Positions 9,402-19,315 of a stretch of 64,000 bases of DNA are shown here, piece after piece. Below the pieces are notes generated by a model. That model was given only the letters and a program-made list of their open reading frames with translations, made no database searches and was not told where the DNA came from. The stretch covers positions 1 to 64,000 of the forward strand of contig JAUSGI010000002.1 of assembly GCA_030649135.1 (NCBI GenBank), in the 5' to 3' direction. The DNA is from a bacterium (lineage in GTDB: Bacteria > Patescibacteriota > Minisyncoccia > Phycocordibacterales > Zambryskibacteraceae). Both the position numbers and the translations under genes were made by a program. Within the stretch, counting starts at the first letter, position 1. The number at the start of each line of letters is the position of its first letter.

Positions 9402-11867
9402 TCAGATGCTAGCTCCGTGGCACTTCTTGTATTTCTTGCCGCTACCGCAAGGGCATGGGTCGTTTCTACCAACTTCGGCTTTGGGAGAAACGGCTGAACG
9501 TGAGGTATCTGAGAGTGTCGTGGCCTCTACTGCTATGGGAGCCATCTTAAAAGAAGTGAGCGCTTCCAGATTGATAGCAATAACAAATTCGGCAATCTGC
9601 CGAGCAATGGACACTTCCATATCTCTGAAAAATCTTAAACCATCTTTCTTGTACTCCACCAGAGGGTCGCGTTGACCATAGGCACGCAAATTCACGCTCC
9701 CGCGCAGATATTCCATCATCTCCAAGTGGTCAACCCAGAACAAGTCTATGGTCTGGAGAATCACCCTCCGCAGAACCTCGACTACTTCTGGAGTGTCAAG
9801 GGACATCTGTGACATTTTATTATTTACCTTATCCGTCATCTCTTGGTCTAAATGCTCCGCTACCTCGACTAAATATCCTTTGATTTCAGCCTGACCACCG
9901 ACCAAAACTTTGCGACGGTGGCCATAAATAATACCCCGTTGAAAATTTAGTACGTCATCGAACTCGAGCACATGTTTCCTAGCATCAAAGTTGAAACCCT
10001 CTATTTTTTCTTGCGCCTTTTCAAGAGAGTTCGTTATAAGCTTGTTTTCTATGGGTTCGTCTTCGGGTATGTTGAAGCGTCCCATCATCTTTTTAATGGC
10101 ATCCACGGCAAAAATACGCATCAAAGAATCCTCCAGAGAAACAAAAAACTGCGTCTCACCCGGGTCTCCTTGCCTACCGGAGCGTCCACGTAACTGATTA
10201 TCTATACGCCGAGCATCATGCCGCTCGGTACCAAGGACAAACAGACCGCCAAGTGTCCTAATGTCTTCATAAGCCCCCCGGGCAGCGGGATTACCGCCAA
10301 GCTTAATATCAATGCCACGACCGGCCATATTGGTGGCAAGCGTTACAGCCCCTCGCTTACCGGCTTGAGCGATAATCTCGCCCTCTCGTTCATGGTTCTT
10401 GGCGTTTAAGATTTCATGTTTGATTCCCTCGTTCTTTAAATAAGTCGAAAGAAGTTCATTGTGTTCTATAGAGACCGTACCGATGAGAACCGGCTGGCCT
10501 ATTTTGCTCAACTCTCCGACTTTTTTAGCCACCGCTTTCATCTTGCCGGCTTGCGTTTGGAAAATCTGATCGCCGTGGTCCGTGCGGGCCACCGGTTTAT
10601 TGGTCGGGATAACAAAAGTTTCTAAGCCATAAACTTTATAAAATTCTTCTTTGGAAGTAACAGCGGTGCCGGTCATGCCGGAGAGCTTCCGGTACATACG
10701 AAAATAATTTTGGAAAGTGATACTGGCGAAAGTGCGGCTCTCTTCCTTAATACCCACGCCCTCCTTGGCCTCTATGGCTTGATGCAAACCTTCCGACCAT
10801 CTCCTGCCGGGTTGCAGACGACCGGTAAAGGCATCCACGATGACCACCTCGTTATCTTTGACTACATATTCTTTGTCTCGCTGATACAGAGACTTGGCCC
10901 TGACAGCTGTCTCAAGATGATGCACATATTTGACGCCGCCTTCGGCGTAAATATTTTCGATTCCCAAGGATTTCTCGGCCTTATTTAACCCATCATCCGT
11001 CAAAGAAATGGCGCGCAGCTTTTCGTCAACTGTAAAATCTGGACCCTCTTCAAGCCCCCGAGCAATCTTGGCAAATTTTTCATATAGTTCTCCGGCAGTA
11101 CCGGTATTGCCGGAAATAATGAGAGGCGTCCGCGCCTCGTCAATCAGAATGGAGTCTATTTCGTCAACAATAGCGTAATGGTAGTCCCGTTGGGAAAGAT
11201 GTTCCTTATTATAAAGCAGGTTATCACGCAGATAATCGAAACCAAATTCATTGTTGGTACCATAGGTAATATCCGCCCGATAAGCCTCTTGCTTGGTGGC
11301 CGGCCTCAAGAACTCATGAACCACGCGGAAAGAACCAAGTTCATCACGTTCTTTATCTTTCTCCATATGAGACTCGTCATAAATAAAAGACTCCGCATGA
11401 TTGAGCACACCCACGGACAGGCCAAGATAAGCATAAATTTCTCCCATCCAGACAGCGTCACGGCGGGAGAGGTGGTCATTAACCGTCACTATATGTACCC
11501 CCTTACTCATAAGAGCGACGAGGTAAGCAGGTAGTGTCGCTACCAAGGTCTTACCTTCTCCCGTTTTCATTTCCGCGATTCCACCTTTGTAGAGAGCAAT
11601 GCCACCAAGAAGCTGGACATCAAAATGTCTTTGCCCGAGGGTACGCTTAGCCGCCTCCCGCACAACGGCAAAAGCTTCCGGCAATATATCGTCCAGAGTT
11701 TCACCTTTAGCGATACGGCTTCTGAATTCGGTAGTTTGGGCCTTCAGCTCTGCAGGCGAGAGATTCTCTAGCGAAGATTCGAGCGCATTCGTGCGCTCGA
11801 CAATCGGTTTCCAAGACTTAAGTAATTTCTCCTCGGGAGTACCGAAAAGGCTCTTAAAAAAGGCCAT
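9402..11867 (-). CDS. secA: Preprotein translocase ATPase SecA
   Basis: Walker A GEGKT in the DEAD motor; full-length SecA architecture; C-terminal zinc-binding [14 protein letters not shown]. Confidence 0.95.
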   Translation of the reverse strand: MAFFKSLFGTPEEKLLKSWKPIVERTNALESSLENLSPAELKAQTTEFRSRIAKGETLDDILPEAFAVVREAAKRTLGQRHFDVQLLGGIALYKGGIAEMKTGEGKTLVATLPAYLVALMSKGVHIVTVNDHLSRRDAVWMGEIYAYLGLSVGVLNHAESFIYDESHMEKDKERDELGSFRVVHEFLRPATKQEAYRADITYGTNNEFGFDYLRDNLLYNKEHLSQRDYHYAIVDEIDSILIDEARTPLIISGNTGTAGELYEKFAKIARGLEEGPDFTVDEKLRAISLTDDGLNKAEKSLGIENIYAEGGVKYVHHLETAVRAKSLYQRDKEYVVKDNEVVIVDAFTGRLQPGRRWSEGLHQAIEAKEGVGIKEESRTFASITFQNYFRMYRKLSGMTGTAVTSKEEFYKVYGLETFVIPTNKPVARTDHGDQIFQTQAGKMKAVAKKVGELSKIGQPVLIGTVSIEHNELLSTYLKNEGIKHEILNAKNHEREGEIIAQAGKRGAVTLATNMAGRGIDIKLGGNPAARGAYEDIRTLGGLFVLGTERHDARRIDNQLRGRSGRQGDPGETQFFVSLEDSLMRIFAVDAIKKMMGRFNIPEDEPIENKLITNSLEKAQEKIEGFNFDARKHVLEFDDVLNFQRGIIYGHRRKVLVGGQAEIKGYLVEVAEHLDQEMTDKVNNKMSQMSLDTPEVVEVLRRVILQTIDLFWVDHLEMMEYLRGSVNLRAYGQRDPLVEYKKDGLRFFRDMEVSIARQIAEFVIAINLEALTSFKMAPIAVEATTLSDTSRSAVSPKAEVGRNDPCPCGSGKKYKKCHGASI

Positions 11868-11917
11868 AAGACGCCTATTTTAACACGTTTTAGGCCCCCG
11901 CCCAAGCGGGGTAAAAA

Positions 11918-11948
11918 AGAAAAAACGCCCTTGCGGGGGCGTTTTTTC
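11918..11948 (-). terminator. GC hairpin flanked by an A-run and a T-run. Likely intrinsic terminator upstream of the secA promoter; bidirectional in form.
   Basis: aaaaaacgccc-ttgc-gggggcgtttttt; a second hairpin cccgccc-aa-gcgggg lies at 11896-11911. Confidence 0.5.
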
Positions 11949-11979
11949 TTTGAGCGGTCCGCCGATGGGCAGACTACAC

Positions 11980-12039
11980 TTACCTTCTCTTCTTTGAAGA
12001 CTTTCTCTTCTTGGAAGCAGCTTTTCTTTTCTTTGCCAT
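11980..12039 (-). other. Tiny ORF for a 19-aa, extremely basic peptide (MAKKRKAASKKRKSSKKRR). A terminator follows it directly.
   Basis: ATG at 12039 to TAA at 11980; sits between a structured leader and the 11918-11948 hairpin. Coding status is unverified. Confidence 0.2.
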
Positions 12040-12294
12040 TGTGTTGCCCCAACATGATGTCGGGAAATTATTATTAACGTCTGTCGCAGATAAATATTTT
12101 TAGAAACAATCTGTCTGCGGTTGCATTCATTATGGTACTAAAAGTTAACATATACAATAGGGAAAATAAAAAAATGTGGATAACTTTTTAAAAATTTCCG
12201 TCCGCACGCGGAGAGCGGGGCTAGCTCCAAACGAATATCTTTGTGAGTGCGGCCGCTCTCCACGAACAAAAAGAAACTAATACCATTATAACTA

Positions 12295-12329
12295 TAAAAA
12301 CGTAAATCCCGCCAGAGGCGGGACTTACG
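12295..12329 (-). terminator. Rho-independent terminator of the 12393..14441 gene
   Basis: cgtaaa-tcccgcc-aga-ggcggga-cttacg stem-loop at 12301-12329, followed on the minus strand by ttttta. Confidence 0.65.
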
Positions 12330-12392
12330 CAGACATTCGTTCGTTTGGTGCTAGTTTCGAGCACCCACTCCGCCAGCATAGCATAGTCTGGA

Positions 12393-14441
12393 CTAATTTG
12401 CAACTTTTTCGAGATATTGTCGGTAAATACTCTCCTTGGCAGGGTCCAGCTTGATACGACTCCCGAGTAGGCCCCTCACCCTATCGGTTCGCCCATTGGC
12501 ATAATAGGCATTCAGAATCCGATCGTCGAAAATTACTTCCCTTTCGGTCAGTGTATTCATTATTTTACTTTCGACAATTTTATCACCGGCGTAAATCGCG
12601 CCCACCAGATAAATCACCCTGGCTTCCGTATATTCCGGTGCCAATTCGTATGCTTCTCTGAAAATATCGAGCGCCTTAAGTGGTTCCTTTTTATTTATAT
12701 AAGCTGCACCGATTTCAAAATACACCTGTTGTTTGCCCGGCATCAACGCTCGAGAAACTTCCAAATGAGTTAATGCTTCATCAAGAAGTCCGACAGTAGA
12801 AAGAAACGACCCAGCCAGTAACTCGTAGCGAGCGTCTCCATTCAAATCATCTGTTTGTCCAAGCAGGACATCCTTGGCGAAACTGAAGAATGCGTTCTTC
12901 TCTTCCATAGAAAGACCGCTGGACAGGATGGCAATCGAGTTGGCGGCAATATGCTCCGCCACCTCCGGTCGACCAAGACGTGATGCGTTGTAGGCCTTCT
13001 TAAAGTTTGCCACCGCGACGGGAACTTGCCCAGACGTTTGCAGAGATTGGAGAGCTTTTATGATAAATATGTTAGTAATAATCGGTTTAATATTGGCAAA
13101 ATATAAAGAGAGTATAAGCAAAATAGAAACCACCGGCAAAGCAATTCCCTTCACTTGTATATCGGAAAGTGTTTGCCCCCACAGAGTTCCGCCATTATTC
13201 CTATAATGCACATAGGCAAGGAGAGAGAAGAATAGGGTGTAGCTAATAAGATTGTCGAAGACGAAAAAGTTATGGAAAAAGTACGTGGCTACCAGGCCAG
13301 TGAGAACGGACTTCTCCGTGTGAGACAAATTGGCATATTTCCAAATGGAAAATAGAAGCGCCACGTATAGAGCCAAGTAAGAAACAAGGCCGAGTAACCC
13401 ACCAGCCACCATCCAGTCCAGAAAAATGTTGTGAGCGCGGTCGAACCATGGCTCTAAATTAAACATCTGCGGGTCATAGTACTGATTAAAAACATAATTA
13501 AAATTATCCTGCCCCCAACCCAAGAGCGGTCTTTCTTGGAATCCTTTGACAGCCATCGGCCAGACAAAATATCTTCCCTGTGTCTTTATCGCTTCCGTAG
13601 TGAGAGAAGAGAAACGCGAAAGTATTGGACTATTCTGTATGAAGTTTCTGTCCTTAAACAACATGAAGCCTCCGACCAAGACCACCAATCCCACCAGGAG
13701 AGCCGCACTCGCCCTGCGGACAAGTTTGTCTTCTTTATTGGCAAGGTTAAGAACGGCCATGATGAATATACCGCCAATGAGTCCGAGAATAGCCCCTCGT
13801 GTGGCTGTCTGGTAGAGAATGAAGGCTTGGGAAAGGATGAGCAGTCCGTAGACCCATCTCAAAGCCACATTCTTCCACTCACGCCAGAGAAAAAGCAAAG
13901 CGATAAAAATATGAAAAAGCATGTAGACGGCCAAATAAATAGCGTTGCCTAGGGTACCATCTACCCGTACTCCTCCTTGATTTATCGCTCTTAATCCGAT
14001 GATCTGCAAAATGCAATACAGAACCATCAAGAACGATGCCACAAGCGAGACATTCCACCATCTCTTCCAATCGATTTCTCTAAAAACAGAGGAAGTGACC
14101 ACGAAAAACATTCCCAAGTGTAATAGAGTAATAAACCCTTCCATACGTTCGAAGTTCGACCAGAAACTCTTGACTGGGGCCACACCGAAGAGATCGGCAA
14201 CACCAACAATCACCAAAAAACCTACCACTGCGTACAAGATGACGGATTTTTTCGGGCGAGAATCGACATCGTAGAGGGCAAGCAAGACCCAGACAGCAAA
14301 CACAATTTCTACAATAATTCTCCAAGTAAAAGCCTTAGTAGTGATGAAGGGGAAAAAAAGTGAACTGGACACAAGAAATGGAACGAACGGAACCAAGAAA
14401 AGGCCGACGAGGATAATGTTTCGCGGTATTTGTTTATTCAT
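12393..14441 (-). CDS. O-antigen ligase/polymerase-family (Wzy_C) polytopic membrane protein with a C-terminal TPR domain
   Basis: At least ten TM helices with the YQTATRGAILGLIGG Wzy_C signature. The C-terminal ~230 aa are soluble TPR-like repeats (AYNASRLGRPEVAEH... YFEIGAAYINKKEPLKALDIFREAYELAP). Confidence 0.75.
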   Translation of the reverse strand: MNKQIPRNIILVGLFLVPFVPFLVSSSLFFPFITTKAFTWRIIVEIVFAVWVLLALYDVDSRPKKSVILYAVVGFLVIVGVADLFGVAPVKSFWSNFERMEGFITLLHLGMFFVVTSSVFREIDWKRWWNVSLVASFLMVLYCILQIIGLRAINQGGVRVDGTLGNAIYLAVYMLFHIFIALLFLWREWKNVALRWVYGLLILSQAFILYQTATRGAILGLIGGIFIMAVLNLANKEDKLVRRASAALLVGLVVLVGGFMLFKDRNFIQNSPILSRFSSLTTEAIKTQGRYFVWPMAVKGFQERPLLGWGQDNFNYVFNQYYDPQMFNLEPWFDRAHNIFLDWMVAGGLLGLVSYLALYVALLFSIWKYANLSHTEKSVLTGLVATYFFHNFFVFDNLISYTLFFSLLAYVHYRNNGGTLWGQTLSDIQVKGIALPVVSILLILSLYFANIKPIITNIFIIKALQSLQTSGQVPVAVANFKKAYNASRLGRPEVAEHIAANSIAILSSGLSMEEKNAFFSFAKDVLLGQTDDLNGDARYELLAGSFLSTVGLLDEALTHLEVSRALMPGKQQVYFEIGAAYINKKEPLKALDIFREAYELAPEYTEARVIYLVGAIYAGDKIVESKIMNTLTEREVIFDDRILNAYYANGRTDRVRGLLGSRIKLDPAKESIYRQYLEKVAN

Positions 14442-14469
14442 CGCTACTATCTTATCATGGTACCAATAT

Positions 14470-15741
14470 ATGCCAAATCTGCGTAATGAGAGCTACCGAC
14501 TTCTCCGGTGGAGCGAGAGTTTCTTCAAAACTGACATCAACTACCTGGCTAGAGGGGGGTTTTGGCTCTCCATGAGCCAGGGTGTGGCCATGATTGCGGG
14601 TTTTCTCATTTCTATCGCCTTCGCAAATCTTTTTACAAAAGAGTCATTCGGTACCTACAAATTTATCATTTCAATGGCCGGAATCATAGGAGTATTTTCT
14701 CTGACCGAAATAGGGACATCGGTTACTCAAGCAGTGGCACGAGACTTTGGGGGTTCTCTCCGCCAAGGTTTCCGCGTGAACTTGAAGTGGAGCATTGGAA
14801 TGTTTCTAAGCGGGCTAGCTCTTGGCATCTACTACTATCTCAACGACAATATGCTTTTATCGTTCTCGTTTCTATTGGCGGGAATATTCTCTCCAGTCAC
14901 CGCCAGCGCCAGTCTCTATGCAAACTACATCTTGGGCAAGAAGGACTTCAGAAGAAATTCCTTCTACGCCATGACTCGTAATGCCGCCCCCGCCCTCGCC
15001 CTTATTTTGACACTGGTGCTGACTAGAAGTCTGCCGGCTATTATTGTCGTCTACTTCTTTTCAGGAACGATCGTCACATTATTCCTCTATCATAGAACCC
15101 TTCGTGCTTACGCACATGAGAACAACAAAGAAGACCCTGAACTTAGCTCCTATAGCAAACACTTGAGCGCCATGGAAGTCATTGGTAATGTTTCCGGCTA
15201 CTTGGATAAAATCCTTATTTTCCACTACCTCGGCGCAATACCGCTGGCTGTCTATGCCTTCGCCATTGCTCCAGTTGAACAACTCCAAAGTGGAAAGAAA
15301 ATACTAAGCACCTTGATTCTACCTAAATTGAGTGGGCGCTCTTATGAAGAACTACGAGAGTCTGCCCCACGTAAAGCTATAATTCTCACCTTCTATGCCT
15401 TATTGCTCGCCCTAGTCTGGATACTTCTTTCCCCTTACTTCTACAGATTCCTCTATCCGCAGTATCTTGATGCGGTCTTTTACTCGCAAGTTTATTCCCT
15501 AACCCTCTTGGCCATTTCCGGTACTATATTCGACTATATGCTGGTGGCTCATAAGAAAAAGAAGGAGTTATACTTACATCGCACCATCATCCCAATCCTT
15601 AAGATTGCCCTTTTCGTTATTCTGCTTCCCCTCTTCGGTCTTATGGGTCTCATCGTGGCACACGTCATCACGAGATCTTTCGGTAGTCTCCTGCTTTATT
15701 ATCTTGTCAAGCATCCCTTCAAGAGCCAAATAAATGCTTAG
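14470..15741 (+). CDS. Wzx-like polysaccharide flippase (MOP superfamily)
   Basis: About 12 TM helices typical of polysaccharide biosynthesis/export proteins. Start moved from the track's 14341 to the in-frame ATG at 14470, because the longer version overlaps the 5' end of the divergent ligase gene by 100 nt. Confidence 0.7.
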   Translation: MPNLRNESYRLLRWSESFFKTDINYLARGGFWLSMSQGVAMIAGFLISIAFANLFTKESFGTYKFIISMAGIIGVFSLTEIGTSVTQAVARDFGGSLRQGFRVNLKWSIGMFLSGLALGIYYYLNDNMLLSFSFLLAGIFSPVTASASLYANYILGKKDFRRNSFYAMTRNAAPALALILTLVLTRSLPAIIVVYFFSGTIVTLFLYHRTLRAYAHENNKEDPELSSYSKHLSAMEVIGNVSGYLDKILIFHYLGAIPLAVYAFAIAPVEQLQSGKKILSTLILPKLSGRSYEELRESAPRKAIILTFYALLLALVWILLSPYFYRFLYPQYLDAVFYSQVYSLTLLAISGTIFDYMLVAHKKKKELYLHRTIIPILKIALFVILLPLFGLMGLIVAHVITRSFGSLLLYYLVKHPFKSQINA

Positions 15742-16444
15742 AGTAACAACCAGTTGGGATGACGGCGACATTTTGGACAAACGTCTGGCTGACTTGTTAT
15801 TACGTTACGGAATCAAAGGTACATTTTATATTTCAAAAGACTATCGCCCCGAACATCTATCAGATCAAGAGATTCTGGACTTAGCCAAAGCGTACGAAGT
15901 CGGAGCACATACTCTGACCCACCCAGACCTTCGCACCCTCACACCGGCAGAAAAGAAAAACGAAATAAATGGAAGTAAAAAGTGGCTTGAAGAACTTCTG
16001 GGCGCTGAAATAAAAATGTTTTGCTATCCCAAAGGACTTTATGATGATTCTGTCGTTTCAGCCGTCAAGGAAGCGGGATTTCTTGGAGCTCGTACTACCC
16101 AACTGGGTGCAATAACTTCAAGTGACCCATTTCTGATGCCTACCACCATTCAAATTTATCCGTTCCCTTTTCGTAAAGATCTAGGAAAATTTCTTCAACC
16201 TTACAAACAGAGGGCTCCAGCTTTAAAAACATTAGGTGTAAGTTATTTCTCAATGTATTCTTGGTTCAACATGTCAAAGGCCGTCTTTGACATCGCCCTA
16301 GAGAAAGGCGAAACATTCCATCTGTGGGGCCATTCATGGGAAATTGAAAAATATGGCATGTGGGAAGAGCTGGAAAAAATCTTTCAGTATATTGGGAATA
16401 GGAAAGACTGTGTGTATTTAACGAATAGCGAATCAATAAAATAA
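15734..16444 (+). CDS. Polysaccharide deacetylase (NodB-homology, CE4)
   Basis: TTSWDDGD (TFDDG motif), GAHTLTHPDL (HTxxHP motif), FCYPKG. Confidence 0.8.
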   Translation: MLRVTTSWDDGDILDKRLADLLLRYGIKGTFYISKDYRPEHLSDQEILDLAKAYEVGAHTLTHPDLRTLTPAEKKNEINGSKKWLEELLGAEIKMFCYPKGLYDDSVVSAVKEAGFLGARTTQLGAITSSDPFLMPTTIQIYPFPFRKDLGKFLQPYKQRAPALKTLGVSYFSMYSWFNMSKAVFDIALEKGETFHLWGHSWEIEKYGMWEELEKIFQYIGNRKDCVYLTNSESIK

Positions 16445-16447
16445 CCA

Positions 16448-17080
16448 ATGGACAATTTTAAAAATACTCGCGCTGTCGTTGTGTACCTAAGTAAGTATAT
16501 ATCGGGCAAAACTCTTGACTATGGCGCTGGCTCTGCCAAATATAGAAACCTGATTGCTCCACAGACGAGCGAATACATAACCTTTGATATGGTTCCCGGA
16601 GAATACATTGATGTGGTAGGAGATGCCCTCAAACCCCCTTTTCCTGACAACTCTTTTGATACCGTCATCTCCACTCAAATGCTGGAACATGTAGAAAAGC
16701 CATGGGTAGTGGCAAGCGAAATAAGACGCATCCTGAAGCCAGGTGGTATCTGTATACTCACAGCGCCCTTTTGGGTCCCTTATCACGCTGACCCTCACGA
16801 CTATTTTCGCTACACCAAAGAAGGATTAGAAAGTTTATTTAAAAATGAGGGCTTTGAAATAGAGGTGAGCGGTAATTACGGAAAACCCCCATCTGTCCTG
16901 GGAGAAATGATTCATTTCTCCTTTTTTAGCCCTTATGATGTTGTCTCTCAAAGAAAAGCAAGATGGCGCTCAAGAATAATGCGTTTCATACAATCGTTAA
17001 CCTATAAGCTAGACACTCTCTCTAAAAACAAGGTTGTTTACGCTAACGCTTATGTGGTCGCAAGAAAATCCTCCAGTTGA
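16448..17080 (+). CDS. Class I SAM-dependent methyltransferase
   Basis: LDYGAGS motif I; FDTVISTQMLEHV; LKPGGICILT (Methyltransf_11-like). Confidence 0.8.
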   Translation: MDNFKNTRAVVVYLSKYISGKTLDYGAGSAKYRNLIAPQTSEYITFDMVPGEYIDVVGDALKPPFPDNSFDTVISTQMLEHVEKPWVVASEIRRILKPGGICILTAPFWVPYHADPHDYFRYTKEGLESLFKNEGFEIEVSGNYGKPPSVLGEMIHFSFFSPYDVVSQRKARWRSRIMRFIQSLTYKLDTLSKNKVVYANAYVVARKSSS

Positions 17081-18756
17081 TCCACGACCCATTTACTCCC
17101 ATTCTGATATGGGTCGCCAAAGTATCGTTCTCGCAATTCTTTGATGTTATCCTCTGATATTTGGGGAATATTTTTTATTCTTTTAATAAGCTCACCAGGA
17201 TTCTCAGCAAATAACGGACTCCCTGTCCCATAATCCTTCATGTTAAAGCAATCTCCCCATTTATCTGTCTTAAAGAAAATAGGTATCTTAAACTCTAATA
17301 AGGCCTCCAACACTGCTGTACTATGAGAACCAACAGCGGCATCACATTCTTTGACGGCGTCAGTGATACTACCCCTCAAGATTTTGAGATTTTTGTCTTC
17401 TAATATTTCTGGTTCATTGGCTAAAAGCCACTCTTCAAATCCATCTTTGGTTGGCCTAAACTTTATGCTCAATTCAATTTCACGATTATTTAATAATTCA
17501 TTTAGGTAAGGCAATACCTCATAAGGCGCGGCCAATTGTTCCGAAATAAAAAGTACTTTAACGGGCCCTTGGTTGCTTTGCCCTGGGTTTGTCGAAGGGT
17601 TGGTTTGCTTTTCTAATGGCCTCATCGGACCTGATACGTAGAGCTGTTCCGGAAGATAGGCTCTGCTATTTGTAATATAATATTCCTTCCACCAGTCGCT
17701 CCAGAGACCATATTTATCGGTGGTTAAAATTTTTTCTCCATCAAATCCAGGCATAAAATCATACACATTATAATATTTAGAAGGGGCACCATGCAGAAGG
17801 CCAACAGTCGGAACATTGTTCAATTTACACCCTAGGACAGCATGGAAATTTCGTTCCAAGGCCACCGGGAAAAACGCCGACTTCACGCCAATGACCCGCA
17901 AAATCCATTTCATAATCCGGATAGCCCACATATCATTATAGACATTAAGAAGATGATGGGTGGCCACCAAAATCTTAAACTGTTTTTGTGGATCTCTTTC
18001 TATTTGCTTACTGATCTGATGACGGCTCCCCAAGATGAAGCTTAGGAACTTACCAACGAAAGCCACCGCTTCTGAGTAAATGACTGGACGCCCCCTGGTA
18101 AGAAAATGCTCTAAAATTGTTTTCCCAGACTCTAGACTTCTAATGAATTCAACAAAGGGGAGATTCCGGTCACGCAATTCCCTGTAGACAAATTCCATTC
18201 TAAAATCGTAGTCTTTAGTCTTTTCGAATTTATCGCCGGTAAAAACCAGTATTCGTCGTCTTTGAAATATAAGAAATGGCAGAGACAAGAGGGTCAGAAT
18301 TATTTGAAGAAGAATGCCAAGAGGTAGAATAGCTAGACTTTTAAAACCAGGTTTATTGAGCACGCTCATCTCACATCCATAAGCAGATAGATAGTGGGCA
18401 AAAAGACTTTTATATGGGGGGTTGTAAAAATACACCTGCCGAAAATCCCCTAAATACGAAAGAAGTTTTTTATATTGTGTGTATGGAAGACAAAAGTAGG
18501 TAGAGAGACTATTGTAATGTATCCACCATAATTCATAGCCCTCGTAAATAAAAGATTTGGCGATGCGCGTCCCGTCTGGAAACTTGAGATACGAAAGCTC
18601 TTTGGCAAACTGACTAGCTTCATAAATACTTCCGGGTCCAATAAATTTATTGAGCTCTTCACCAGAAAGCACCATATCGTAGGAACGTAGATCCCCTTTC
18701 GGCATCTCTTCGCCAAAAACTACTAAAATTGATTTATTTTTCATTTCTATAACCAT
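17050..18756 (-). CDS. Large soluble glycosyl/glycerophosphotransferase-like protein. It could be TagF/CDP-glycerol glycerophosphotransferase-like or KpsC/KpsS (Capsule_synth)-like.
   Basis: About 565 aa; C-terminal AVGSHSTAVLEALLEFKIPIFF resembles GT-B nucleotide-sugar-binding domains. The track's start at 18951 runs through a GC-rich hairpin and gives a nonsense N-terminus; a start near 18756/18744 (MVIEMKNK or MKNKSILVV) is likelier. Confidence 0.4.
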   Translation of the reverse strand: MVIEMKNKSILVVFGEEMPKGDLRSYDMVLSGEELNKFIGPGSIYEASQFAKELSYLKFPDGTRIAKSFIYEGYELWWIHYNSLSTYFCLPYTQYKKLLSYLGDFRQVYFYNPPYKSLFAHYLSAYGCEMSVLNKPGFKSLAILPLGILLQIILTLLSLPFLIFQRRRILVFTGDKFEKTKDYDFRMEFVYRELRDRNLPFVEFIRSLESGKTILEHFLTRGRPVIYSEAVAFVGKFLSFILGSRHQISKQIERDPQKQFKILVATHHLLNVYNDMWAIRIMKWILRVIGVKSAFFPVALERNFHAVLGCKLNNVPTVGLLHGAPSKYYNVYDFMPGFDGEKILTTDKYGLWSDWWKEYYITNSRAYLPEQLYVSGPMRPLEKQTNPSTNPGQSNQGPVKVLFISEQLAAPYEVLPYLNELLNNREIELSIKFRPTKDGFEEWLLANEPEILEDKNLKILRGSITDAVKECDAAVGSHSTAVLEALLEFKIPIFFKTDKWGDCFNMKDYGTGSPLFAENPGELIKRIKNIPQISEDNIKELRERYFGDPYQNGSKWVVDQLEDFLATT

Positions 18757-18760
18757 ATCA

Positions 18761-18800
18761 TATAGGAAAAGGGCCGGCCGCGATGTACTGCGGCCGGCCC
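18761..18800 (-). terminator. Strong GC hairpin terminator downstream of the GC-rich gene 18809..19243
   Basis: gggccggccgc-gatgtact-gcggccggccc is a perfect 11-bp stem, followed on the minus strand by ttttcc. Confidence 0.65.
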
Positions 18801-18808
18801 AGGTTAGA

Positions 18809-19243
18809 TCAGGCGTCCGGGTCGATGGCGTTGGGGCGGTATTCGAACCGCCAGATGGTGACGAGGTTGTCGTCACCGAACGGCTTGTTGTAGATGCCCG
18901 CCAGGTGATTCTTGACCTCCTCCTGGCTCGTGATGTCCGGGGACATACCACGGAGGTCCTCCGCCGTCAGCTCGCTGATCTTCTTCACCAGATACTCGGT
19001 GACCTCGACGTTGGTCCCGTCATCTGGGAAGAACTTGGCCGCCACGCCTCGGGCCTGGTCGCCAGGCACCTCGATGTAGCGCACGAGGATATTGGTGAAC
19101 CGCGGGATGCCGGTGGGCTTGGTCGGGTCGGAGCGATCACCGGGTCTCACGACCGAGGTGATCGTCTGATCTTTGAAGCCCTGCATGTGCTCCACTCGGA
19201 CCCAGAGTCCGGGCTGGCCATACTCCACGTTTCGATCCAGCAT
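18809..19243 (-). CDS. Hypothetical protein encoded on a GC-rich (~60%) island
   Basis: Clean 144-aa ORF (MLDRNVEYGQPGLWVRVEHMQGF...). Its composition contrasts sharply with the ~40% GC flanks. No recognisable motifs. Confidence 0.45.
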   Translation of the reverse strand: MLDRNVEYGQPGLWVRVEHMQGFKDQTITSVVRPGDRSDPTKPTGIPRFTNILVRYIEVPGDQARGVAAKFFPDDGTNVEVTEYLVKKISELTAEDLRGMSPDITSQEEVKNHLAGIYNKPFGDDNLVTIWRFEYRPNAIDPDA

Positions 19244-19315
19244 GAAATCCCTCCCCCTTGCTTGATTTGTAACAATTTTACTCCTCGCGTATTATAGCAA
19301 ACTATGTAGAATGTG

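Noticed and set aside
11768-12055. 95-aa minus-strand ORF overlapping the secA start
   Set aside because: It overlaps secA and two terminator hairpins, is Lys/Arg-rich from AG repeats, and has no domain signal. Only the in-frame 19-aa micro-ORF (11980-12039) is kept, as a low-confidence item.
12200-12370. tRNA or other known small RNA in the secA upstream region
   Set aside because: GGGGCTAGCTCC resembles a tRNA 5' end, but no cloverleaf (D, anticodon and T arms with acceptor pairing) can be drawn. It is reported as a structured region only.
14341-14469. Track start of the flippase at 14341
   Set aside because: It would overlap the 5' end of the divergent ligase gene by 100 nt; the in-frame ATG at 14470 is the likelier start.
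17050-18951. N-terminal 65 aa of the track ORF (MVCPRTSRARRRSRITWRASTTS...)
   Set aside because: This stretch is a read-through of the GC-rich hairpin/terminator and of the 3' end of the neighbouring GC-rich gene. Its composition is nonsense; the real start is near 18756.
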